Source: Lama guanicoe (taxonomy: Eukaryota). From it: a DNA stretch of 37,879 nt. Shown in pieces: positions 1 to 12,400 of this stretch. Each line of letters starts with the position of its first letter. Positions within the stretch are counted from its first letter, which is position 1. A model generated the notes under the pieces. That model did not search any database, had not been told where the DNA came from, and saw only the letters and a list, made by a program, of their open reading frames with translations. Position numbers and translations under genes: made by a program. The stretch lies in the NCBI GenBank assembly GCA_013239625.1, contig MU053574.1, positions 248,001 to 285,879 of the forward strand. The letters run 5' to 3'.

Positions 1-172
1 CCTCGGCCCAGTCCAGGCCCCTCTGGGGGTTCGGGAAATCAGGGGGGTCAAGACCAAGTCCTGTTGGTTTTTAATCACACAGGAGGTGATGAAGGTGAAG
101 AGGCTCGCTGGGAGAAGGATCTTTTCCAGCAGGAGCTGGATGTGGTTTCTCTAGAGTTTTAGATTTCTAATC

Positions 173-194
173 AAAAAAAAAAAAAAAAAAAAAA
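173..194 (+). repeat. Poly(A) run, A22
   Basis: Directly visible mononucleotide run. Confidence 0.95.
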
Positions 195-267
195 GGAAAG
201 AAATGCTTTACTATTAAAATCCCTGCAGGAAGATTAAGTGTCTGCAAATTTACAGCTGCCTAGTTCA

Positions 268-405
268 GAGACTCTCAGTCTTAACAGCACATTAGACTCA
301 CCTGGGCCCCACTGAACTCAGTCTGAATCCCTGGAAGTGGGGCCAGGCGTCTGGATTTAAACAGGCTCCCTACGGAATGCTCATAGGGTCATCTGGGAAC
401 CCACC
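268..405. mobile_element. MER5-like hAT-Charlie DNA transposon remnant
   Basis: cacattagactcacctggg...tgaatccctggaagtggggccagg...tttaaacaggctccc resembles the remembered MER5 consensus; degraded. Confidence 0.5.
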
Positions 406-2474
406 CCAAATCCGACTCCCCGTTTCTCAGTGCAGTTATCCCTTTTACAGCACAATTACTGCTGAATCAAGGTTTCTTTGGAATGCAACTATTGCACTGG
501 AGCCAAACAGCCTGTGTTTGTTGAATGAATAAATGACCCCTCCCCCACTTCGAAGGCTGGTCAGACCAGAAGGAGCCAAAGCTGGATTCTTCCTAACTTC
601 AGTTCCATTTAATTCCTAACTTCAATTCCATTTAAAAGTTAAGAAACTGATGTAACCCAGTGTACCTAAGTGCCCAGTTGTCAGTCACCATTTTCCTTAA
701 AATCCAAATAATAGAACTTGTGCCCTTATCCTGCCTCTGTCTGCACAGAGAACAGTGGTCCCCTCCACGTGTTTCTGAGGATTTCCGGGATTGCTGGTCA
801 GTTCTTGCTTCCAAGTCCTCTGGATGGTGTCCATCACCTCTGGCCACATCTCTAGCCTCCTGGCTCTCTGTCTTGGAGGCGGTGCTAAGACAGAGCCAGC
901 AGGAGCCCTCTTGCCCTGTGTTCCTCGTCAGCGCCTCGAGGCAGTGCTGTGGAACAGGCCTTTGGGGAGGATTGGGGGCAGTGGAGGTGGTTACAGCCCA
1001 GGATGGAGACAGATGAACCCAAGGACCGTAGCTTCTTTTGAAGTTTGCTGGCCTTCCCACTACAGGGTCTCCCTTCCAGGCCACCTCCCCCTGCAGGCCT
1101 GTCGGATGCTTCATGGTGGGGCCTGTGCTCTTCTTTCAAAGCCTTGTCTCCTGTCCCCCCCTCGTCTCATCTCCTGTCCTGTTCTAGACTCAGCTTGAGC
1201 CCTGCCTTTCAGAACTGGTAGAGTTCCTGCCATCTCCCTGCCTGACAGCCCCTAGAAGCAGCAGAAACTTGGAAATGATAGCTGTTCCTAAAGGATTCTC
1301 TGCTCAGTTCTTAAGTGAGCTCAAGTCAAGTATGGGGCTTCCTCCGCCAGCTAGCAGCCCCTTTAGGGGTCAGAGGTAGGAGCTGGGCCGACCAGGAATC
1401 TCAGCTCCTCCACTCCCTGCTCTGCTCCGGATGGAAGTTCATACCGTCAATCAAAAGTCTTGATCAAGCGTCACCCAAAGGTGACATGGGGACATCTGGA
1501 CCCCTGAGGGTGGGGCCTGGTGATGGGACCACATGAGCTGTTACCCTGGGGAGGAAGCCCAGGCTTGCAGAAGGGCAGCCAGGTGCCTGGGAGGCAGGCA
1601 GAGCCAGGGCTTGGCCCTCCACACCTGGGGCTGCGTCTTCCGGGGGAGGGGCAGGTTGGCAGACCAGCTGTGCGGCCCCGGGCCTGGCGCCGGGAGCTGA
1701 AAGGGGAGGAGAGGCCCAGATTGGGGCCAACATAGCCGATTCTGCCCTTTACAGCAAGGGTGTTGCCTCACCACCAAGTAGGGAGACCAGGGGCCGGTGG
1801 TTGGCCCCTGGGCTGGGGCTTCTCCACGACCAGCAGGGGCTTCGCTGGGCTCCATCAGTTTGTCCCTGATTCTCCCCACAAATCCAGGCTTGGGGGCTGG
1901 GGTGGGAGAGCCTGGCAGAGCTCCTGAAGGAGGGAGCCTGATTCCTGCAAAGACAGTTTGGCAGGGCTCTGAGAAGCGGCCCCCGGGAAGCCCCCGCTGC
2001 TGACGTGACACATCAAAGCTGGCACCGAGACAGCGCAGAGGCAGGGAGCGGCGGGGGGCACCTGTGAGGGGCCGGGGCTCAAAGTCGCAGGCCTGTCCCC
2101 TGCCGTGAGGGCCATGGGGAGCGCTGCGCCCCGCCCGGACCTGTCGCCTTTCAACCTGTGTTCTTTGACTGGCTTGCACCCCCCTCGTTCCCCACATCCC
2201 AGGACCTGTTTGAATGCTGCCTCCTGGAGGGGTGTTGTCACGGAAGAGAGGAATCTTGGGAAACCAGCCTCAGGATGGAAACTGGCTCTGCCCAGGGTTG
2301 GCAGGGGACGCTAGGGGACAGGAAAAGATAGAAGTGATGTGGGTGGGAGGGGTTAGCCTGGGGAAGTCGCCGGGATAGCAGGGGTGATATGGGCACCAGC
2401 AGACAGACACCCTCCCTCCCCAGCAACTTCTTCCACATGGGGTAAGGCTATTGGGTGCTTGAGTTTGCTCAAGA

Positions 2475-2657
2475 CAGTGGTTCTCCAGCTGCGGTGCCTG
2501 GACCAGCGTTCTCAGCATCACCCCAAAACTTGCTAGAAATGCCAATTCTCAGCCTCACTCCAGACATGCTGAGTCGGAAGCCCTGGGCGGGGCCAGTGAT
2601 CTGTGCTTTAACAAGCTCTTCCGGGATGCACGTTCCAGCTGAGGACTGTTGGCCTGA
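2475..2657. mobile_element. MER5A hAT-Charlie DNA transposon
   Basis: cagtggttctc...cagcatcacc...cttgctagaaatgccaattctcagcctcactccagac...atctgtgctttaacaagctct matches MER5A hallmarks. Confidence 0.75.
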
Positions 2658-3404
2658 GCAGGAAATTGGCAGAGGGCAGATGTAGGGACACAGAGGTGTC
2701 TAGGAGATACTGAGACCAGAGGCTGGGTGCTGGCTAGCCTCCCTCTTGTCTCTCTGACCTCCTCTTCTCCCTGTGTGTCATTCATCATTCATTCATTCTC
2801 CCTCTCTCTCGCTCACTCTTGACTTTCGCTGTCCACTTTGTAGACACCTCAGTGATCCCATGCCTTTCAAGGGGACACATTACAAGTTCCATTCCCACCC
2901 GAGGTGTCCCCTCACCCTCCCACTGTCTGCTCATCCCCCTGGGCCTACATGTTCCCGCTTCAGAGTCCCTGGCTTGGCAAAAGGCAGGCAAAATGTAGAT
3001 TTCCCCTGCCCCTCACCCCTCAACTGAGTGCCTCTGTGTGCACCCAGCATCCACCTGCTTGGCTGTGGCCCTGGGGGGCCTCACCTGCACCTGGAGGCCA
3101 GCTCAGCCTTGACATAGCTTGAGATGTGTGGTCTGGGGCTCGCCTAGGCCCCCTTGGCCAGATGTTTGGGGAGTTTGGGGAGAAGCACCAGCTTTTAGTG
3201 ACCTTGGGTCAAAGGGACACCTGGCAGTGGGCTTTCCAGGGACATTGGCTCTGGGACAGCAAGACAGAAAGAGCAGACCTGGTTGTGAAGATTGGGGTGT
3301 CAACTCTGGTCCAGGAGGACAGTTGAGAGAAACCGAAGGAAGGCCACTGTGGGTGTCACCCCCCTGCACACCCCCACCTGTGCTGCTTTGTCCTTCTGGA
3401 GCCT

Positions 3405-3600
3405 GGCCTGCCTGGGTTCAAGGCCTGCCTCTGCTCCTCCCTGGCTGTGTAACCCTGGGGAGGTGGCTTAACCTCTCTGAGGCCCAGCTTCCCCACCTGT
3501 AAAAAGGGGATGACAATAGGCCAGACCTCACAGAGCCGGAAGCATCGAATGCTGTGCCTTGGCACAGAAGCTGGCGCCCAGCACACGCTCGGCAGAAGCC
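3405..3600 (+). mobile_element. MIR SINE
   Basis: cctgggttcaa...ctgtgtaaccctgggg...cttaacctctctgaggcccagcttccccacctgtaaaaaggggatgacaatag is a MIR core. Confidence 0.8.
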
Positions 3601-3649
3601 GGCCATTGTTCTGCCTCTTGAATGAATTAAGGAACATGGAGTTTTGTTA

Positions 3650-4000
3650 AGTCATCAGTCAGCTGGGGCTTCCTCCGTCCCTGACTCTGTCTGGTGCTGG
3701 GTCAGAGGTGTGCTGGTCAGCATCTCACAACCAGTTCTCTGGGGGACAAAGCCCTCCTTTGTAGCGTTAGCATACCCTTATCTGAGGGCAAAGGTCGTGA
3801 GACTCAGCCCCTTTCCTCCAGGAACTTTGAAAGTCTCTGCGAAGACAGACAGGTGAGCAAGCCCCTGCAATGCCATGTAGTTACTGCGATTGCAGAGTTT
3901 GCTGTCGAAGATTATGGCAGCCTCCAGCCCAGCCTGGGAAGGGTCAGGGAGGGCTGCCTGGAGGCAGTGGCACTTGGGGCTGAGGCTCAGAGTCACTCAG
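3650..4000 (-). mobile_element. Probable L2 fragment
   Basis: ggtcagggagggctgcctggaggcagtggcacttggggctgag resembles the L2 3' region; highly diverged. Confidence 0.4.
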
Positions 4001-4329
4001 GTGGTGGTGAGGGAGAGCTTCTGGGTGCGGACAGGATAAGGAAAAACATGGAGTCAGTGCGCATGGCTGGTGGGGAGGCTGCTGGAGAGGAGCCCAAGGC
4101 AGACCAAGGCTGGGGAGGCAGGTGAAGCGGTGGAGGCTGGACGAGGGTGGGGCCACAAGGTGGGCCTGGGCTTACTGAGGCCACAGGCCTTAGTCAGGGA
4201 CCTGGAGAAGCTTGGTGACAACAGGGCCGGGCCCTCAGTTCTTAGCTGAACCCGCTGGCCTGCCAGTTACATGTCCTGAGCTCAGCACAAAAGTTCAGGC
4301 CCTCACTCTGTGCGTCATCTTTCCTGTAG

Positions 4330-4398
4330 ACGGTGCCCAGCATGCTGCTCATCAGACTGGTTCAGGAGCGCCTGTCAGAAGAGGACTGCGTCAGGCGG
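4330..4398 (+). CDS. AK8: AK8 coding exon (~exon 5), TVPSMLLIRLVQERLSEEDCVRR
   Basis: Acceptor tttcctgtAG, donor CGG|GTGAGA, 69 nt, phase 0-0. Peptide aligns with recalled human [23 protein letters not shown]. Confidence 0.92.
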
Positions 4399-4934
4399 GT
4401 GAGAATCCATGTGTGGAGCGAGCTGGGGGCTCCCGGGAGATGGGGCTCTGCTACCAGATAAAAGAGGGTGAGGGGTGTGGTTTATTTCTGAGAGCAGAGG
4501 TGACCTGCGGAGAAGGGTAAGAACTGACACTCTGAAACTCGGTGAAGGTCAATCTGTAGATGTGGCTAGAGGAGAAATAACAAGGGGGAATCTGGGGAAT
4601 CCATCCTGGTACCTGTAGGAAAGAGCTGACTTGCCCCAAGGGGTCACATGAGAGCCTTTAACAGAAGGACCATGGCAGGAGTGTGCAGAGTCAAGGCCGT
4701 CAGTGAGTGCTGGGGAGGCGCCTCTGGACCTGGAAGCACAGAGGGAGAACTGGGGAGACCCCACACCCTCATTCCATCCTCTGATCTCTTGCCAGTGTCC
4801 TCTTCCACCAGACCCAGTGAAGCCGGGGGGCAGGGGTCCAGGTGAGGCTGACCATGGAGGTCAGCCTCCTGGGGCGTGGACAGGGGTTGTGCTACTGTGA
4901 TTTGTAATAAGAAATATGTATTTGGTCTTCGTCC

Positions 4935-6500
4935 AATGCATCAATTTTTTGAACATTTTTTAGCATTCCACTTTAATTTACCTCTTGTGTTTTTTACTAT
5001 GTCTCTTTTTCTAGTGGATGACCTAGTAATTACAATACACAGACTTAGATTCCTAGTCTATTTAGAGTCACTATTTTACCGTTTCAAGCAGAATGTGCAA
5101 CGTAAGGCCCTCTCCTTGCCTTTCTTTACGTTGTAATTGTCTTGTGTATTACAGCTATACGTGTTGAAAATCCACTGGGCAAATGTTGTAATTTTTGTTT
5201 TCAATCATCAAACATATTTTAAAAACTCAAGAGGAGAATAGTTTATTACATTTATCCAGGTATTTACCATTTCTGTTGTTCTTCCTTCATTCCTGATTTT
5301 CCAAGCATCCCTTTCTGTCTGAAAACCTTCTTTTCACAATTCTTCTAGAGTAGATATGCTGGCAATGAATTCTCTAGATTTTCCTTCATCTGAAAGTGTC
5401 TTTATTTTGACTTCAATCCTGAAGGATATTTTTCCATGGATTCAGAATTCTAGATTGACAGGTTTTTCTTTCAGCACCTCACAAATGTTCATTTTTTAAC
5501 ACTATGGTTTCTGGTGAAAATCCATGGTCATTCAAAGTCTTACAGATAATGCGTCATTTTTCTCTTGCTACTTTCAATATTATTTTCTTTGTTCTTAATT
5601 TTCAGCAGTTTAACTAGGATATGTCTGGGCATGAATTCCTCTGGATTTATCCTTTGCTGGGTCAGCTGAGTTCCTTGAATTTATAAGTTTCTGTTTTTCT
5701 CCGAACTTGGGATGTCTTCATCCATTGTTTGTTCAAGTAATTTCCCCACACCATTCCCTCTCTCCTCCCCTTCTGAGACTCTGGTGGCATGAAGGTCAGA
5801 CCTTTCAGTGTTTCCTCAGGGGTCCCTGAAGCCCTATTCTTTTTTTTTTTAAATACCTTTTTTTCCCCTCTCTATTGATAGGATTTGATCATTTGTATTG
5901 AACTGGCTTCAGGCTAATTGCATATTTTCTCTCTCACCCCCGTTCTACTAATAAGCCTGCCCAGTGAGTTTTTAATTTTGATTATTGTATTTTTCAGTTT
6001 TAAAAATCCCATTTGGTCTCTCCTTGAATCGTCTATTTCTTCGCTGAGACTTTCTGTGCGTCCATCATTTACTGGGAGCTACGTGGCGGTGGTGGGGTTT
6101 TACTAACAGTTGCTTCTGTGTCTTGTCTGATCATCCCAGCACTTGCGTTATGTTGGTGCTGGTGTCTAATGTCCTGTCCCATGTGAGCTGAAATCTTCCT
6201 GATTCTCCCTGTGCTGAGTAATTTTGTATCCTGGACATTCAAAATATTGCTCTGAGACTCTGGGTCTTGTTCAAATCCTATAGGGAATGCTGAGACTTTT
6301 GTCTCAGCAGAAGCTGGTTCTGTTGGGCTCGGGCCTCAGGTTCTAACCACCTTCTCTGGGCTGTGGGTTCCACCCCACTTCTGTTTTCAAACCGTGGCAG
6401 TGCTGTGCGGTGCTCTGCAGCTCTGTGCTGTGCGGGGCCCCCATGGGGCCAGGGCAGGGGCCTGTGCTGTACCTCGTTCCTCAGTGTTTTTGAAATACAG
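4935..6500 (-). mobile_element. Old L1 (L1M-type) fragment, ORF1/inter-ORF region, antisense to AK8
   Basis: T-rich tract with L1M motifs such as atctgaaagtgtctttattttg...cctgaaggatattttt and ttttcagcagtttaactaggatatgtctggg; no intact ORF. Confidence 0.75.
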
Positions 6501-6931
6501 CCCCCCTCTCTACCTGCACCCCTGCCTCAGTTCACCCAGCGTCAGATCCCCTCTTTTAAAACTGACCCATCCATCGGTCACCCTCTTATCTGGGAAATGG
6601 TGTGACAATCATTTGTCAGGAATAAAGGGAAGGATAGAGTATCCTGGGTGATTGGAAACAGGGTGGCACTTTCTCATACAAAATGCTCTATGCCTGAATC
6701 CATAATTGATTTTGAGTTGCCAAGTCAAATTAAACTCTGGCGTGGCAGGTCACCAGGCTGGAAGCATTCAGGTCTGCCTTGCTTCTCTTTGCTGTTTAGA
6801 GCTGAGCCGTTTCTCCTCTTCACCAGCAGTGCATGTCGCATTGGCCAAACATGGAGGAGTGTCACTCCTTTGATGGGGGTGGACCCGGGTCACCCAGACT
6901 GGAACCCCTCAGTGAGATGGGGGCTGTATTT

Positions 6932-7679
6932 TTTAATTTTTTAAAATTTTATTTATTTATGTATTTGTTGTATTTTTGAATGGACGTATAGTTGATGTAC
7001 ACTATGATGTTACAGGTGTAGAATATAGTGATTCGCAATTTTTAAAGGTTATACTCTGTTTATAGTTATTATAAAATGTTGGCTATATTCCCTGTGCTGT
7101 ACAGTATATCCTTGCAGCTTATTTTATGTGTAATAGTTTGCAACTCTTAGTCCCTTACTCCTCCATTGCCCGCCTCCTTCCCTCTCCCCACTGGGAATCA
7201 TGAGTTTGTTCTTTATATCTGTGAGTTTGTTTCTTTTTGTTATATTCACTAGCTTGTTGTATTTTCTAGATTCCACATATAAATGATATCATACAGTATT
7301 TGTCTTTCTCTGTCTGATTTAGTTCCTTCAGCTTAATACCCTCTAAGTCCATCCATGTTGTTGCAAATGGCAAAATTTCATTCTTTTTTATGGCTGAGTA
7401 GTATTCCATTGTGTGTGTGTGTTTATGTATACCACATCTTCTTTATCCATTCGTCTGTTCATCTGCCGATGGGCACTTAGGTTGTTTCCATGTCTTGACT
7501 ATTGTAAATAATCCTGCCATGAACATTGGGGTGCAGGTGTCTTTTCAAATTCGTGTTTTTGGGGTTTTTCTTGGATATATACCTAGGAGTGGAATTGCTG
7601 GGCCATAAGGTAGTTCTATTTTTAGTTTTTTGAGAAACCTCCATACTGTTTTGCACAGTGGCTGCACCAGTTTACATTC
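6932..7679 (-). mobile_element. Young 5'-truncated L1 (ORF2 end plus 3' UTR, cetartiodactyl type) with 15-bp target-site duplication
   Basis: Poly-T-rich head, L1 motifs tccatccatgttgttgcaaatggcaaaatttcattcttttttatggctgagtagtattccattg and cctaggagtggaattgctgg. TSD ATGG[G/A]GGCTGTATTT at 6917-6931 and 7680-7694. Confidence 0.92.
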
Positions 7680-8229
7680 ATGGAGGCTGTATTTAAAAAG
7701 CACAGCTGGGCACAGCCTTGCATGTCAGCGAGCTCAGCTGCTGCGAGCTCCTGGAAGCAGGGCATCAGCGTGATTAGCTGTGGCTGTAAACACATGGGCA
7801 GGGAGTGTGCCCGTCTTTGCTTCCTGTCCCAGGAATCGTACTTGCCCTGAGGAACGTGGGCTGCTAATAAGCCACGGTCACACCCTTGCCAAACAGAAGT
7901 CCCAGCGGAGATGGCTCCACGGTCTGTCTCAGCCCCAGCAAAGGCAGCAGGCCCTCCCACGCCCCATCCAGATTTCCTTTCAAGATGCTCACAACCCCAA
8001 ACCATCCTGTGATCCAGGAGCTTAAGTGGAAACTTGAGCCCTAGCTGGTCTGCTCACAGGCCCTCCCTCACCATCAACAGCTTGCTTTCACCGGCTGCTT
8101 AGGTGCAGCAGAGGCCCTGGGCCTGAGCCCCGCTGACCGCTGCGATACAAGAGCCCCTGGGGTGCAGTCAAGCAGGAGGCCAAGCCCAACTTCTCTGCAC
8201 AACCCTCCACCAGCCCAGAGAACCGCCGC

Positions 8230-8430
8230 TCCCCGACCAGGCACCATGCCCAGCGCTTCACCCATCTTCACACCACCCGGCACAGTCGGTGTTAATCTTT
8301 TATTAATCCCGTTTTGCAGATGCAGGACCTGAGGGTGCCCAAAGCCACAGAGAGGGGTGGCAGGGCCGGCCAGCATGGACCTGGTGCCGTGCAGCCTGGC
8401 CGAGGAATCTGAGGTCAAGCACAGGCCATG
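8230..8430 (-). mobile_element. MIR SINE
   Basis: ccaggcaccatgcccagcgctt...ttattaatcccgttttgcagatgcaggacctgagg is a reverse MIR core. Confidence 0.65.
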
Positions 8431-9419
8431 TGGGCTCTGCGCGGTCCAGGTTTGAGGGCACCTCCTGCACCATCATTACCAAAGGCATCGCCGGGACTGG
8501 GTGACCCACCCACCATGGTTTCCTGCAGGCACTTGTTTGTTCAGTCACTTATTCTCTCAGGCAACAAATGCTAAGGCAGTGAGCAAACCAGTTCAATACC
8601 CGCTCTCACGGAGCCCAGATTCTCGCCATGGGGAGACAGACGACCACCAAATGAACAAGTGGAATGTGCGGTCAGGGCGTTGGCTAGAGATGGGCGCCTG
8701 GGAGAAGATGCTTCCAGAAGAGGGCCTGGCAGACCCTCCCAGAGGAGAGGTGTATCTAGGGGGAGGGCAGGGTGCCACTGCAGGGCCCTCCCCAACCCAC
8801 GCCCCAGAGCTGTGCAGAGGGCCACAGGGGTGGGGAAGGATGGAGGAGGCAGCAAACCGGCTGGCATGGAAGCAGGCATCTGGACCACTGAGCGACCGCC
8901 AGGGACGCCGTCCTTCCCAGCGTTGAACTATTCAGAACAATCTTATTTTGTGAAAGTTATTTTTATAATTTACTGCATCCCAAGCTAAGTGTTTCTGGAG
9001 CGTAAGCATTCGAGTGAGAGTTCAGAGGTGTGGAATTGTGAGGTTGGGTTACTGGGTGTGTCCCACCGGTGAGATGAACCCCCTGGAACTCATGCCGAGG
9101 GAGGTCCAGCCCCTGGGTCCAGACACAGGAGCCAGCTGGCCTGGGCTGGCTTGTTCACATGCGTATTTATTTATAATCTTCCTAAGTCACTGAGTCCTGG
9201 TTTCTGTGGTTACAACTGTACGTCCCAGATCTGCCCTCAGTGATCTGGAATGGTCTCTCCCACACGTTTAACACCTGTGAGCCTTTCTCGAGCTTACCGA
9301 AGAGCTCAGGCTGCACACCTGCAGTGTGGACAGTGTGTGAGACCAGGCATCCCCTGTCTGCCAGCGGCTGCCAGTGTCATCAAAATGGCAATGACATTTA
9401 CTAGTTAATTGCATGGTAA

Positions 9420-9545
9420 GTGATGCTATTATCAGTTATACTGTACTGTATGACTGTATTGTGCATTATGATTCATGCAATTGGTTGAATTAATACCATT
9501 TATATTAATATTTATAATTATTATCATTATTATTACTATTTTGAT
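9420..9545. repeat. AT-rich low-complexity (ATT)n-like tract
   Basis: tatattaatatttataattattatcattattattactatt is directly visible. Confidence 0.7.
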
Positions 9546-9689
9546 GATCGTGTTAGTTGTTGCCTGGACTCTAAACAAAGGCTTGGGAAACCTGGCGCGG
9601 CACTTCGTCCCCCACGCCACATTGAAGAGCACTGTGCAAAGAGGCTGTGATCAATACACCACTGATGGTGACTGCTGACTGGGGGCTTG

Positions 9690-9850
9690 GAGCCGCAGCC
9701 ACCGGCTCCTGTAATCTGTACAATAGCCCGATGGAGGGGGACTGTCATCACCGCTATTTTAGGGATGTAGAATCTCAAGACTTGCAGAGTCTTACTCAGA
9801 GTCCCACAGTCAGTCCCAGAGCCAAGATGCAGACATGGGGTCATGCTTTG
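9690..9850 (-). mobile_element. MIR SINE fragment
   Basis: taatctgtacaatagcccgatggagg...ctattttagggatgtagaatctcaagacttgcagagtcttactcagagtcccacag. Confidence 0.5.
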
Positions 9851-11009
9851 GGCCACCCTGTTTTTGTCGAACTGTCACACGGCTGTGTCCCTCCAGCGAG
9901 GACTTTGCTTCCTAAGGCCTCGGTCTGGAAAACGCCAGCTGGGCTTGAGCACTGAAGCTCCTTCTGGCCTTGCTTTCTGATTCGGATTGTGTCCAAGCCA
10001 TCATTACCTGCAGAGTAAAGAAATATCCCCTTTAATTTGTTTTAAAATTTCTTCTGAGCTTCCAGGGGCATCCAGTACCTTTTTCATCTCTTCCCGGTGG
10101 AGACAGGATTTCAAGAGGAAGAGGTGAGGCTCCTAATTATGTGCTTTGGTTGTTCAGAAACAAAACAAACCCTCATCCAAAATAAACAGGCTTTCTTGCT
10201 TTTAGGGAGAAAAATGACACATATGCATATTCATTTATATGGTAATTATTATTATTTAGCTACACAGGGACTAGAACTGGTAATTTAGAGCACAAAAAGG
10301 GATGCAGCGACTAGTGTTCAGGGAAAAAGAAAGCAATCATAACCCATCAGGATTCTGTAGTTCGTGTTGTAGAATGTCTTTGAAGTGACCATCAAATACA
10401 TTGGAGAAAGAGAAATTAGCACTTTATATTGGAATTATCAAAAGCAGGTGGGCGCTATCTGTCGGGGACCCATTGGCTTTTCTTTAGGGGCAGCCCAGTT
10501 TTGGAGCCTGAGAATGCCCTGTTTTTCAGATCACGGCTGTAGGGCAAAGGGCAGCTAGGAAGTAAGGCCGGGAGTTCAGGAAATGTGAGGGGGAAGGCTC
10601 CGTACCAAAGAGATGCTAAATCTCACCTTCACTGTAGTCACTGTCGACTCTGTTTCTGTTTTTGTTTTTGATGACTCAGCATCCCTTTCCTTTCTTTGGC
10701 ACCTCATCCATCTCCCTGCAGCTGCTGGGGTTTCTTCTTGATTCTTTCTTCATGAGGCTGCCCGAGGGATTGCTGGGCTAAAAAATGAACGAATTTATTT
10801 CCTGGAGAACATTCACGGTTCAAAATTCAAAAGGTACCCAGGTTCCCCATCACCACCCTGAACTCCTATCCCCCAGCCCCCGGCTCTGTTCCCTGGAGGC
10901 AACTGATGTTAACACTCCCTTGAAAGAACATCCTTTTGAAGATGATTTTACACGTAGAGAAGTGCTGGTCTTTTGAGAACAAGTGTTGCCATGTCCCTCC
11001 TCTGCTGAG

Positions 11010-11349
11010 GGCCCCACGGCTCCCCTCCATCTTGGGGTGTGTACTTCAAGCTGGTGAGGCCTGGGCCCGCCTGCAGTCCGTGTTCAGCACGCCTCAACCC
11101 TCGGGCAGCATGGCAGTAAATTCCCCAACAACCTGAGTGAGCGTGGGAGCAATCCTTCCTCAGTCGAATCTCCAGATGAGAGCACAGCCCAGCTGACACC
11201 TTGATTGCTACCTGTGTCCCCCCCACCCCAAGCAGAGAACCCAGCTCAGTAGCATTAGACTCCCGACCATGGAAACTATGAGATAAATGTGTTGTTTTAA
11301 GCCACTAAGGTTGTGATCACTTGTTGTGAAGCAACAGGAAACTAGCACA
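11010..11349 (+). mobile_element. MLT1-family (ERVL-MaLR) solo LTR, partial
   Basis: caacaacctgagtgag...ctccagatgagagcacagccccagctgacaccttgattgc...gagataaatgtgttgttttaagccactaagg...aactagcaca is a characteristic MLT1 3' end. Confidence 0.85.
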
Positions 11350-11379
11350 CACATGCTCCTTTCACTGGGATCCCCGCCC

Positions 11380-11617
11380 CTCCTGCCCTGCAGCTGAGCA
11401 GCTGCTTCTCATTCTTTGGTCTCAGGTTCAAGTCACTTCATCTCCGGTTACACCAGTTCACAGCCTCCTGCTCTCCTCTGCACTTGTAATTAAGAATGCA
11501 AGGTCTGTGGGCAGGGGCCTCATCTGTCCTGTTCACTGCAGAACCCCCCAACACCTCACGTGGTACCTGGCACAGACGCCAAACTCAGGAAATATTTATG
11601 AAATGAATGGATGAATG
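11380..11617 (+). mobile_element. L2 3' end
   Basis: tctgtcctgttcactgc...cctggcacag...ctcaggaaatatttatgaaatgaatggatgaatg is an L2 terminus with (TGAA)n tail. Confidence 0.75.
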
Positions 11618-12244
11618 CCGTTCAGATAATCCCCCAGTCTGCACCGCCATGGCAATGAAATTCTTTCCAAACTTGCTATTGACCCAAGAAAGGGAAGGAG
11701 TTTAAAATTCACTGCTCAGTGGAATCTGAGTGTCCTAATGACGGGTTTGACCATCATTTGAGCAGATTTGTCCTAAGCTTCTCTGGGGAGAATTGTTTTG
11801 AGTGTTGCCCCGGCCTTTTCTGAATTGTGGAGATTGGCTTAGTGACTCCTCATCGCACCTTAAGATTGTTCTCCATGATCAGTGCTTTCAAGGTTCCCGT
11901 TGGCCTTGGTGTCCTACAGCTTGATCAAGTTCAACCACTGTGCCCAGGGAGGGTGCTGTATGTACCACCAGACCTGGGGTTCCAGTGTTTGAGACCCAGT
12001 CTTCCAGTTTGATCTGGGTGCCCTGTGCCGAGACTTCCTGTGTCCTCCTCCATTCCTTTCATCCATGATAACGAGGGTCAACCACCAGGACATTTGATTT
12101 TAAAACACTAAGTGACAGCACTTCATAGAAGTCATTGTTTCTTTGGATGAATTCCAGTTTGTCTCATCAATTTCCTTTCTTTTCTTTCTTTTCTTTTGTT
12201 CATCGATTTCTTTTTAAACATTGTCTTGAGAAATACTCCTACCT

Positions 12245-12400
12245 AAAACCTCTTACAAAAGGGGAAACTGAGGCCCGGGTGGAGGAGGGGACTTGGCCTA
12301 GGTCAGTGGGCCAGGGCAGGGGTGGACTGTCACCACCCCTGGCTGCCAGGCCTGGCTTCAGCCCGGAACTCCGTGATCTGGTGCCAGCCCTTTGACAGAG
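12245..12400 (-). mobile_element. MIR SINE fragment
   Basis: ttacaaaaggggaaactgaggcccgggtggaggaggggacttggcctaggtca. Confidence 0.65.

Noticed and set aside
1541..2197. 218-aa minus-strand ORF, and similar long ORFs at 12942-13547, 14684-15214, 34675-35244 and 35794-36330
   Set aside because: Pro/Gly/Arg/Ala-rich or repeat-derived translations with no recognisable domain, often non-ATG starts, overlapping in several frames. This is expected by chance in GC-rich intron.
4844..4868. 10-bp perfect inverted repeat GAGGCTGACC-ATGGA-GGTCAGCCTC with everted nuclear-receptor-like half sites
   Set aside because: A single 10-bp stem is plausible by chance in 38 kb, is too short for a pre-miRNA, and the half-site geometry is not a canonical response element.
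9432..9678. Ile-rich hydrophobic ORFs resembling a membrane peptide
   Set aside because: They are translations of an (ATT)n-like low-complexity tract.
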